A stretch of 64,000 bases of DNA from Terriglobales bacterium (GTDB taxonomy: Bacteria; Acidobacteriota; Terriglobia; Terriglobales; Acidobacteriaceae), in assembly GCA_035691485.1 (NCBI GenBank), contig DASSIZ010000043.1, forward strand, positions 4,236-68,235, read 5' to 3'. The translations under genes and the position numbers were made by a program. The notes under the pieces are model-generated. The model was not told the DNA's origin. It did not search any database and worked only from the letters and a program-made list of their open reading frames with translations. The stretch's first letter is position 1, and every line of letters begins with the position of its first letter. Of the stretch, positions 18,178 to 25,907 are shown one piece after another.

Positions 18178-19062
18178 TCATTGCCCGTCGAGGCAGCCGT
18201 TCTGGCCCGAATTGTTCGGGTAACCGGTGCCCGCAGTGTACGCCGCATTCGACCACTCCCCTTGCAGTTTCCAGCTGATTCCATTCGGGAACGTAACGTA
18301 AGGGACATTGAACGTCCAGGCGCACTTGTCACCATTCTCGCTGCCGCGGCTGTCGTACCAGCCGCCGTTCCGCGGATCGGTGCGTGCCTCCGACAATTCG
18401 TGCGCGCTCACGTTCGCCAGGGCCGCCAGGCCCTGCGAGTGCCCCGTCTGCGTATCCTGCGGATCGCATCCCGCGTCTCCATCAAGCTCCCAGAAGAACG
18501 CAAACTGCACCGGTGTGGTGCCGCACGTACCATAGCTGTGCCATGCGCAGTACCCGGCATTGCCGCGTGGCAGGTCGGTGTAAACCGGATAGTATCCGTT
18601 CCATACAACCGCGTTGCCGATCATACGGCAAACTTCTGCCAGGATCGCTGACGTCGAACCACCTCCGGAAGCTGTCGTGGTGTCGATCAAGTGACCGCCA
18701 TAGCTGGTTGTCGACGTTACCTGACCGTTGGTACCGGTATATTCATCGGAAGTCGCGGCATAATGGGAACCGCTGAATCCCACATACCAGTTGTCCAGCC
18801 CTGAAATCTTGTCGTTGATGAAGTTGCTGTCGGTCCATCTCGGTCCCCACAAAATTACCGTCGATGCCGCCGTCGGCATAATCTGGCCGTTGTGAAAGAC
18901 CATGTTTGCGCTCGATCTCGGGCGCGCCGCTTTGATGTCCTTGGCCCAATGAATTCCGAGCATCGGCGGTTCTGGCCGGCCATGCTCCTTTTGCGTTTCT
19001 TGCGCGAATCCGAACTGCACTGCCAGCAGCATAGCGAAGACCGCGACACAACCCCTCTTCAT
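18178..19062 (-). CDS. Secreted Cys-rich protein resembling plant EXORDIUM / Phi_1 family
   Basis: ATG at 19060-19062 (MKRGCVAVFAMLLAVQFGFAQ). Collinear similarity by eye to EXORDIUM blocks: HNGQIM...VILWGPRW, GYCAWHSYG, SAHELSEARTDPRNGGWYD, GDKCAWTF. Confidence 0.7.
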   Translation of the reverse strand: MKRGCVAVFAMLLAVQFGFAQETQKEHGRPEPPMLGIHWAKDIKAARPRSSANMVFHNGQIMPTAASTVILWGPRWTDSNFINDKISGLDNWYVGFSGSHYAATSDEYTGTNGQVTSTTSYGGHLIDTTTASGGGSTSAILAEVCRMIGNAVVWNGYYPVYTDLPRGNAGYCAWHSYGTCGTTPVQFAFFWELDGDAGCDPQDTQTGHSQGLAALANVSAHELSEARTDPRNGGWYDSRGSENGDKCAWTFNVPYVTFPNGISWKLQGEWSNAAYTAGTGYPNNSGQNGCLDGQ

Positions 19063-19342
19063 GAATGGCTCCTTAATGGATTCTTGACTCCAAGTCCCGT
19101 TGTGAATGCCGGAAACCCCACCAGCAGTTCTGACAGCGCAGGGAACCGCACGTCTCACCCCAGTTCAGGCATCGTAAAAGTGAGCAGAGCAGCGGGTCAA
19201 TCCCGAAACTCACGATGTCTGCACCGCCGTAACCTCCAAAGCAGGTACTTAAGTTGTGTGCCTCTCGGAAGGCGGATGAGCTGAATGTACTAAGGCATGC
19301 GGGGACTAAGGCAAGAAAGGCGGTTTCGAGCGACCTTTGGCC

Positions 19343-19378
19343 GGAGAACTGGTAGAAAAAGGAGAACTGGTAGAAAAA
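19343..19378. repeat. Perfect 18-bp direct duplication ggagaactggtagaaaaa x2
   Basis: Read directly. Abuts the terminator hairpin. Confidence 0.9.
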
Positions 19379-19382
19379 GAAG

Positions 19383-19406
19383 AGGCCGGACTGTTTGGTC
19401 CGGCCT
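19383..19406 (-). terminator. Rho-independent terminator of the 76-aa gene
   Basis: aggccggac / gtccggcct 9-bp stem with a 6-nt loop. On the minus strand it is followed by cttcttttt. Confidence 0.65.
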
Positions 19407-19481
19407 GGTCTCTCTTGTACTTCGCCTGAGTTCCGGCGAATCTTTAACTCGACGCGGCGTCACCTTCCGCGCCGAAAAGAC

Positions 19482-19712
19482 TTACATCACGAGCGCGATC
19501 CCTTCCAACTCCTTCTGGATCACAGCCAGCGAACAGCCCGCGCCTTCCACTCTGCTGGCGGCATCGAGCGCTGCCTCGGGCGAGACCCCGTAGCCTCGTC
19601 CGGCCAGGAAAATCTGGAGTACGCGCGCAGCGTCCCAGGAATCCACGCTGCTTTGCAGCAATTCATTCCGTAGGGCTGCCAATTCACCGCTTGAAAACTT
19701 TTCAGCCATCAT
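19482..19712 (-). CDS. Small hypothetical protein (76 aa)
   Basis: Strong SD GGAGGTG 5-6 nt before ATGATG. Helical-looking sequence. Has its own terminator. Confidence 0.6.
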   Translation of the reverse strand: MMAEKFSSGELAALRNELLQSSVDSWDAARVLQIFLAGRGYGVSPEAALDAASRVEGAGCSLAVIQKELEGIALVM

Positions 19713-20018
19713 GGATCACCTCCGACCCTGAAGCTGGGTTCCTCACCCTCTCTAACAGTGCTAACCCTTACCTAATGAATTAGACTCCGCGTCCCCACTC
19801 TTAGTTGCAAGCAATTTTGAGACCAAATGTTGTGCAGACCCGCCTTCGGATGCTTAACCTTCATGCAAACTATTACAAATAAACAGTTTGCCAGTATTGT
19901 TTTGTTGCATGGGGAAGCACTCGCCGTCTCCCTTTGAGCCGGCCAAAGGACAAATCTTGTTCGCTGTTGGGAAAACACGTCGCCGAATCCGACCGCTCGC
20001 ACCGTTGGTAGTGCAAAT

Positions 20019-20189
20019 TTATGTCACTTCGGCTTCTTCCTGCAGCAGGATAGGAATTCCGTCCCGAATGGGGTAGGAAAGGTGGCAGTTGTCGCACTGC
20101 AGCCTGACCGCCTCAGTCAGCCGCAAATGCGTCTTGCAGACAGGGCAGGCGAGAATGTCGAGCAGTTCCTGGCTGATCACATTCACCAT
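20019..20189 (-). CDS. Trm112/UPF0434 family zinc-ribbon protein (56 aa, below ORF-track cutoff)
   Basis: Hand translation MVNVISQELLDILACPVCKTHLRLTEAVRLQCDNCHLSYPIRDGIPILLQEEAEVT. CPxC...CxxC plus the YPIRDGIPILL motif. The ATG immediately follows the HAD gene stop (TAGATG). Confidence 0.7.
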   Translation of the reverse strand: MVNVISQELLDILACPVCKTHLRLTEAVRLQCDNCHLSYPIRDGIPILLQEEAEVT

Positions 20190-20885
20190 CTAGGCCACCA
20201 TCGAGGCCAGTGTCATCATGTCGCCTACCACCAGATCAGGCTTAGCGCCACCTGGCGTTCCGCCCGATGCCCCTGGGCGCTGGTGCCGGTTCACCCACAC
20301 GCTCGCAATCCCCAGCTCGTTGGCCGGAGCGACGTCATGATACAAGCTCTGCGCAACGTGTAAAACCTGCTCTCGGCCCACGCCCAACCGTTGCAGGGCA
20401 AGACGAAAGTTGTTCAACGATGGTTTGTAGCTTCGCGCCTGCTGCGCCGTGATCACGGCATCGAACGGAACCTCCAGGTGGACGGCGGTGCGGGCGAACA
20501 AATCATCATCGGTGTTGGAGATTACCGCCAGCTTGTAACGCTGCTTCAGCTTTCGCAGCGCCTCCACCGTATCGGGAAACGGCGCCCAATTGCCCAGCGC
20601 ATCGGGCAAGGAGCGCATCTCCTCCCCGCTGATGGAAAACACCAACCGAGCCGCCATCTTTGCGATCACCGTCTCAAGGATCTGCCGGTATGTACGGTAT
20701 TCACCCGCCTCCTCCACCCGCTCGATGTTGGCAAACAATTCGAGAATGCCGGTATCGCTCAGGTTGCGCCCATGCACCGCCAGGATCGGGCGGATCGAGG
20801 AAAGGATACCGGCGTCCCAATCGATCAGGGTGCCGTAGCAATCGAAGGTGAGCCAGGAAAACTTCGAGAAATCGAAATCTGACAT
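20190..20885 (-). CDS. HAD-superfamily hydrolase, 2-haloacid dehalogenase-like subfamily
   Basis: LTFDCYGTLIDWD motif I, ISNTD motif II, later K and D motifs. Confidence 0.85.
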   Translation of the reverse strand: MSDFDFSKFSWLTFDCYGTLIDWDAGILSSIRPILAVHGRNLSDTGILELFANIERVEEAGEYRTYRQILETVIAKMAARLVFSISGEEMRSLPDALGNWAPFPDTVEALRKLKQRYKLAVISNTDDDLFARTAVHLEVPFDAVITAQQARSYKPSLNNFRLALQRLGVGREQVLHVAQSLYHDVAPANELGIASVWVNRHQRPGASGGTPGGAKPDLVVGDMMTLASMVA

Positions 20886-20933
20886 GAACGAATCCGCCCT
20901 GACTCCTCAGCCCGGACTCCACCCCTACGCGCT

Positions 20934-21656
20934 CTACTTGAGTTGAAGCGGCTGCAGCAACTTGAAGCTGAGCGCCGATTCCGAAGGCAGCACGATGTCC
21001 TTGTTGCCGGTGAAGGCCGCGCCCGCCGTGCCCGCGCCCGCGCCCGCCAACACGCCGATCGCAGCACCCTTGCCGCCACCCGCCAGCCCGCCAATGATCG
21101 CGCCCAGTCCAGCGCCTCCGCCGACAGCAACTGCGGTGCGTTTACCCTTGCCCTTGGTGGCTTCGGTCACTGCCGCCGTCTGAATGTTGTAACTGTTACC
21201 GCCAACCTTCAATGTATTCAGCGCCAGCCGCAGCCGCGCGCCGCCTTTAAACCGGCCCAGCGGCACCGCTTCCGCGACCGTTCCGCTCGCTTCGGCGCCC
21301 GTCGGGATCACGACCTTGCCATTGATCTCAATCGGCTGCGACACCGTCGCCGCAAACGCCTGTCCGGGGCTGCTGATCTTGGATCCGACCGCCTGGCTCA
21401 GCCGCACCACGATGTGCTGGCCTGCCGGGACCACCAGGCTCTCGGCCGCCGATGGCTTTGCTATGGTTCCGGTTGCGGCCGTTTTAGCGCCTGCGGCCAT
21501 GCCACCCGCCGCACCCGATGCGCCTCCTGCAGCAGTCGTTCCACTCGCAGACGGCCCTCCCTCCGTGGTCGCCGGCTCAGCCGGTTTCTTCGCGCACGCC
21601 AGCAACAATGAAATACACAAGACTATAAGAACCGACGGGAGTAATGTTCGCCGCAT
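20934..21656 (-). CDS. Lipoprotein with C-terminal glycine-zipper
   Basis: GGAGGTG SD then ATG at 21654-21656. MRRTLLPSVLIVLCISLLLAC lipobox. GGGAGLGAIIGGLAGGGKGAAIGVLAGAGAG glycine zipper. Confidence 0.75.
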   Translation of the reverse strand: MRRTLLPSVLIVLCISLLLACAKKPAEPATTEGGPSASGTTAAGGASGAAGGMAAGAKTAATGTIAKPSAAESLVVPAGQHIVVRLSQAVGSKISSPGQAFAATVSQPIEINGKVVIPTGAEASGTVAEAVPLGRFKGGARLRLALNTLKVGGNSYNIQTAAVTEATKGKGKRTAVAVGGGAGLGAIIGGLAGGGKGAAIGVLAGAGAGTAGAAFTGNKDIVLPSESALSFKLLQPLQLK

Positions 21657-21812
21657 ACGCACCTCCACTTTCTCGCACGGTTTTTACCAGAACCCCGCTT
21701 GGATATCAATCTTACTGGAAACCGGCTCCCGCGCTGCGCCTGGCCCAGCCCGATTTGTGCTCCCACGCGAAACCCTGTTGCATCCAACCTTCCGTCGAAG
21801 CACGAAAGAACC

Positions 21813-22361
21813 GTGGCGCACGCATGGCACGACATCAGTCCGGGTGAGCATCTGCCGCAGGAATTCTACGCGGTCATCGAAATCCCGCTCGGTTCCAATG
21901 TCAAATATGAACTTGACAAGGTGAGCGGCCTGATCAAAATGGACCGCGTGCTCTACTCCGCCGTGTATTATCCCGCAAATTATGGGTTCATTCCGCAAAC
22001 CCTGGCTGAGGACGACGATCCGCTCGACGTTCTAGTGCTCTGCCAGGAAAGCGTCGCTCCCCTGACGCTGATCGCCGCCCGCGCCATCGGCGTGATGACC
22101 ATGGTGGATTCCGGCAAGCTCGACCACAAGGTAATTGCGGTCGCCGTCAACGATCCTGAATTCAGCGCCTACCATGAGGCCGAGGAGATGCCGCCGCACC
22201 GGCTGGTCATGGTCCGCCGCTTCTTCCAGGACTACAAGCAGCTGGAAGGCAAGGCGGTTGAGGTCGACACCATCCAGCCCGCCCACAAGGCCTATCCGAT
22301 CATCGAAGAGGCCTTGGCCCGTTACCGCAGAATGCCGCGACGTGGCCTCAACACGAAATAA
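21813..22361 (+). CDS. ppa: Inorganic pyrophosphatase (family I)
   Basis: HAWHDISPG..., IEIPLGSNVKYELDK, DDDPLDVLVL. Start placed at the in-frame GTG 21813 because there is no upstream ATG and the longer ORF adds a non-homologous leader. The start is uncertain. Confidence 0.88.
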   Translation: MAHAWHDISPGEHLPQEFYAVIEIPLGSNVKYELDKVSGLIKMDRVLYSAVYYPANYGFIPQTLAEDDDPLDVLVLCQESVAPLTLIAARAIGVMTMVDSGKLDHKVIAVAVNDPEFSAYHEAEEMPPHRLVMVRRFFQDYKQLEGKAVEVDTIQPAHKAYPIIEEALARYRRMPRRGLNTK

Positions 22362-22500
22362 TAGTGTCCATTCTCTGAGGCCTAAGCCCGAAACTTTTTT
22401 GGCACCTGCTCCCACTATGGTTACGCGGCGTTTTCTTGTCTGGCTCCATTCCCCCCGCACGGCGTGCGCAATGCTAGCCTGAGGGCTGACGGGAGCGGCT

Positions 22501-23745
22501 ATGCCTACGGGTAGCAGCGTGCGCGAGCCGGAGCGCGTGGCGCCGGAGAAGTTCCAGTGGTACTTGATCGAGAGCTCCAGCGCCGGACCTTCCCCGCTTG
22601 CGGACCGACCACTCGAGCTTGGACCCTTCGCCAGCGAGAACGAGTGTCGCGCCGTGCTCGACAGCGCCAGGCGCATCGAGCGCTTCCGGAACTCCGTTCT
22701 TGAGATTCACAAGCGAATCGAACGCGGCGACCAGCGCTTTCGTGTCGAATACACGGTGCGCCTTTGCCGACCGGGCAACGACGCCGCGATACAGCTTCCC
22801 CACACCTTGGATTTGTCTATCTCCGGTGTGCGTCTTGGCGGCCTCACCGCCAGGGTCAATCCCGGCGAGATCTTCACGATTCACTGGCAGGAACGCAAGG
22901 CGCCGTTCCAGGTGGTCTGGGTTGGCTCAGGATCAGTGGCCGACCAAGCCGGGCTGAAGTGTCTTGCCCCCGACGTCAACATCTGGAAGCTGGAGTCTCT
23001 GGAACTGACGCCTGAGCAACGCCTGCCTCGGGAGATCGACCGCGCACGAGCGGTGCAGAACCGGCTCTTTCCCCAGCAAAAGCCATGGTTGCAAACGCTG
23101 GACTACAGCGGACACTGCATCCAGGCCAGGACGGTGGGCGGCGATTATTATGATTTCCTGCCGTTTGCGCCTGGAGACGTCGGCTTGGTGGTGGCTGACG
23201 TCTCTGGCAAGGGCGTCGCAGGGGCTTTGCTGATGGCCAACCTGCACGGCAGTCTGCAGGCACAGTGCGCTTCCGGCTCGCGAGATCCCCTCCGCCTGCT
23301 CGCCTCCGTCAATCGCCATCTTCACAGGCACACCGAGAGCCAGCGCTATGTCACGGCATTTCTCGGCTGCTACCGGGACCAGGGACGCGTGTTGCGATAC
23401 GTCAATTGCGGGCACAATCCGCCCCTGTTGCTGCGCCACCACGGCGCGGTGGAGCGGTTGGAACCAACCGCCACCGTGCTCGGTGTGTTTCCTGGCTGGG
23501 AGGGCGCGGTCGGCGAAACCACGATTGCGCCCGGCGACATTCTGACCATCTACACCGACGGCATCACCGAGACCAGGGGCATTCATGACCAGGAGTTTGG
23601 CGAAGCCCGCCTGCTTCGCACCATCCGAATAAATCGCCACCTTGAGGTGGCATGCCTGCTTGAGAAAGTGGAGAAGGTGGTGGAAGAGTTCCGCTTCGGC
23701 GACTGCCACGATGATTTGACCATGATTATTGCCCGGGGCAGGTAG
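22501..23745 (+). CDS. PilZ domain fused to PP2C/SpoIIE-type protein phosphatase
   Basis: PilZ motifs RGDQR (RxxxR) and DLSISG (DxSxxG) about 25 aa apart. C-terminal GGDYYDF, VVADVSGKG, TDGITE SpoIIE/PP2C blocks. GGGAG SD. Confidence 0.85.
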   Translation: MPTGSSVREPERVAPEKFQWYLIESSSAGPSPLADRPLELGPFASENECRAVLDSARRIERFRNSVLEIHKRIERGDQRFRVEYTVRLCRPGNDAAIQLPHTLDLSISGVRLGGLTARVNPGEIFTIHWQERKAPFQVVWVGSGSVADQAGLKCLAPDVNIWKLESLELTPEQRLPREIDRARAVQNRLFPQQKPWLQTLDYSGHCIQARTVGGDYYDFLPFAPGDVGLVVADVSGKGVAGALLMANLHGSLQAQCASGSRDPLRLLASVNRHLHRHTESQRYVTAFLGCYRDQGRVLRYVNCGHNPPLLLRHHGAVERLEPTATVLGVFPGWEGAVGETTIAPGDILTIYTDGITETRGIHDQEFGEARLLRTIRINRHLEVACLLEKVEKVVEEFRFGDCHDDLTMIIARGR

Positions 23746-23806
23746 CGCAGCCCCGCCAGGCTTCCGTGATTGCGGAACTGCGGCATTAAAACGGGCAGTT
23801 CGACAT

Positions 23807-23838
23807 CAATTCCCCAATTCGCCAATTTCGCAATCCAA
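23807..23838. repeat. Degenerate 8-bp tandem array caattccc/caattcgc/caatttcg/caatccaa
   Basis: Read directly. An inverted related 15-mer lies at 23769-23783. About 120 nt upstream of desaturase 1. Confidence 0.6.
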
Positions 23839-23957
23839 AACACCATCTGCCCGCTTCGAGTCCCGCCCAGAGATTACACAAGTATTACAAACCCTGCCCT
23901 CCTCGGCTGCTACCTTAAGTGTGGGGCGTTTTCCCAAATCATCTCAGGATGGCATTC

Positions 23958-24872
23958 ATGCGCATTGCTGCGCGAGACCGCACGTTTCGCGAATCCATTA
24001 GTCCGCTGACCACGTTCTTCATGTTGATGTACCACATCGGCGCCGTCGCCGCCCTGTTCCTGTTCACCTGGAAGGGAGTGCTGGCCGCGGCCATCCTTTG
24101 GTGGATCTCGGGAAGCCTCGGCATCGGCATGGGCTACCATCGCCTGCTCACCCACCGGGGCTACAAGTGCCCCAAGTGGGTGGAATATTTCTTGACCCTT
24201 TGCGGAGCGCTGGCGCTGGAAGGCGGACCGATGTTCTGGGTGGCAACGCACCGCGTTCACCATCAGAACTCCGATCATGATGGCGATCCCCACTCCCCTC
24301 GCGACGGCGGCTTCTGGTCGCACATGGGCTGGATCATCACCGGCCGCGCCATTCACAACAACTCCAGCGAAGTGCTTCCCTACGTTCCCGACCTCCGCAA
24401 AGACAAGTTTCACGTCTGGATCAGCCAATGGCACTGGATGCCGCAGGTAGTCGTCGGCCTGGCCCTGCTCGCCTTCGGCGGCTGGAGCTGCATGCTTTGG
24501 GGCGTTTTCTTCCGCACCACCATCGGCCTGCACGCCACTTGGCTGGTGAACTCGGCAACCCACATGTGGGGACGCCAGCGCTTTCTCACCGGCGACACCT
24601 CGCGCAACAGTTTCTGGGTTGCCGTGCTGACCTTCGGAGAAGGCTGGCACAATAACCATCACGCGCACGCCCAGTCGGCGCGCCATGGCCTGGCTTGGTA
24701 CGAGTTCGACATGAACTGGTACGGCATTTGCGCTCTGCGCGCTCTCGGCCTGGCATGGGACGTTAAGCTCCCGCGGTTCATGACCGACGCGCCTTCCCGG
24801 CCACTCGCCACTATTCCCGTTGAAACCCCGTTGCTTGAAGAACAGCTGGCCCCGGTCACATCCGGTGACTAG
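23958..24872 (+). CDS. Acyl-CoA/acyl-lipid (delta-9 type) fatty acid desaturase, paralog 1
   Basis: Histidine boxes HRLLTH, HRVHHQNSD, GEGWHNNHHAH. Start chosen at MRIAARDRTF by homology to paralog 2 (ATG at 23949 also possible). Confidence 0.9.
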   Translation: MRIAARDRTFRESISPLTTFFMLMYHIGAVAALFLFTWKGVLAAAILWWISGSLGIGMGYHRLLTHRGYKCPKWVEYFLTLCGALALEGGPMFWVATHRVHHQNSDHDGDPHSPRDGGFWSHMGWIITGRAIHNNSSEVLPYVPDLRKDKFHVWISQWHWMPQVVVGLALLAFGGWSCMLWGVFFRTTIGLHATWLVNSATHMWGRQRFLTGDTSRNSFWVAVLTFGEGWHNNHHAHAQSARHGLAWYEFDMNWYGICALRALGLAWDVKLPRFMTDAPSRPLATIPVETPLLEEQLAPVTSGD

Positions 24873-24881
24873 GAGACCCAC

Positions 24882-25820
24882 ATGAGAATCACCGCGCGTG
24901 ATCGCACCTTCACGCAACCCCTTAATTTCACCATCGCATTTTTTCTTGGCTTGGTTCATGTCGGGGCGATCGCGGCCTTCTTCTTCTTTACCTGGCAGGG
25001 GCTGGCGTGGGCAGTCTTTCTCTGGTGGGTTTCAGGAAGCCTGGGCATCGGCATGGGCTATCACCGCCTGCTCACGCACCGCGGATACAAATGTCCGAAG
25101 TGGGTGGAATATTTCCTCACCGCGTGTGCCTCCATCAGCTTGCAAGGCGGGCCCATCGGCTGGGTCTCCACGCACCGCCTGCATCACCAGCGGTCCGACA
25201 AGGAAGGCGACCCGCACTCCCCGCGCGAAGGCGGATTCTGGGCGCACATCGGCTGGGTGATCACCGGCGAAGCCAATCACAACCGGACTACCGAGCTACT
25301 GGCGTATGTTCCCGACCTTCGCAAGGACAAGTTTCACCTCTGGATCAGCAAGTGGCACTGGGTACCACTCGCTGCGCTTGCTGTCTTCACCTTTGTCATC
25401 GGCGGCTTGGCCTTCGGATGGGCGGTGGGATGGTCGTGCCTGCTTTGGGGAATTTTCCTGCGCACCGTCGTCGGCGTTCACGCCACGTTTTTCGTGAATT
25501 CCGCTACCCACATGTGGGGCCCGCAGCGCTTCCCCACCGGCGATGATTCCACCAACAATTTCTGGGTCGCACTCTTCACCTGGGGCGAGGGCTGGCACAA
25601 CAACCACCACGCCCATCCGCAATCCGCGCGGCACGGGCTGGCGTGGTACGAGTTCGACATCAACTGGTATGGCATCCAGGTGCTGCGCCGGCTCGGCCTC
25701 GCCTGGGACGTGAAGACGCCCAAGTTTGCAGCTCAGCAACCGGAAACGCCTGCCGTTCCGCAATCGTCGGTCGAAGTTCCAGTCAGTGCCGACCTGGTCC
25801 AGGCCGCTTCCGGCAACTGA
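24882..25820 (+). CDS. Acyl-CoA/acyl-lipid fatty acid desaturase, paralog 2
   Basis: HRLLTH, HRLHHQRSD, GEGWHNNHHAH. AGGAG SD. 9 nt after paralog 1. Roughly 70% identical to paralog 1 by eye. Confidence 0.9.
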   Translation: MRITARDRTFTQPLNFTIAFFLGLVHVGAIAAFFFFTWQGLAWAVFLWWVSGSLGIGMGYHRLLTHRGYKCPKWVEYFLTACASISLQGGPIGWVSTHRLHHQRSDKEGDPHSPREGGFWAHIGWVITGEANHNRTTELLAYVPDLRKDKFHLWISKWHWVPLAALAVFTFVIGGLAFGWAVGWSCLLWGIFLRTVVGVHATFFVNSATHMWGPQRFPTGDDSTNNFWVALFTWGEGWHNNHHAHPQSARHGLAWYEFDINWYGIQVLRRLGLAWDVKTPKFAAQQPETPAVPQSSVEVPVSADLVQAASGN

Positions 25821-25907
25821 CAAATGCTGTCTCCAGAAGTTGAAGTGCCTGGTGAGCGCCAGCCGGCGTGAACGCGATGCGACCATCGCGTAGAATATTC
25901 ACCGCCG

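Noticed and set aside
19297-19593. 98-aa plus-strand ORF across the 18-bp duplication and terminator
   Set aside because: It runs through a terminator hairpin and into the antisense of the 76-aa gene. It has no SD and an Arg-rich, repeat-derived sequence.
22399-22414. Sigma-54-like TTGGCAC-N4-TCCCA upstream of the PilZ-PP2C gene
   Set aside because: The -24 element is good but the -12 element lacks the conserved GC (TCCC instead of TTGC). The similar TGGCAG...TGCAT at about 33688 has the wrong spacing. Neither can be supported.
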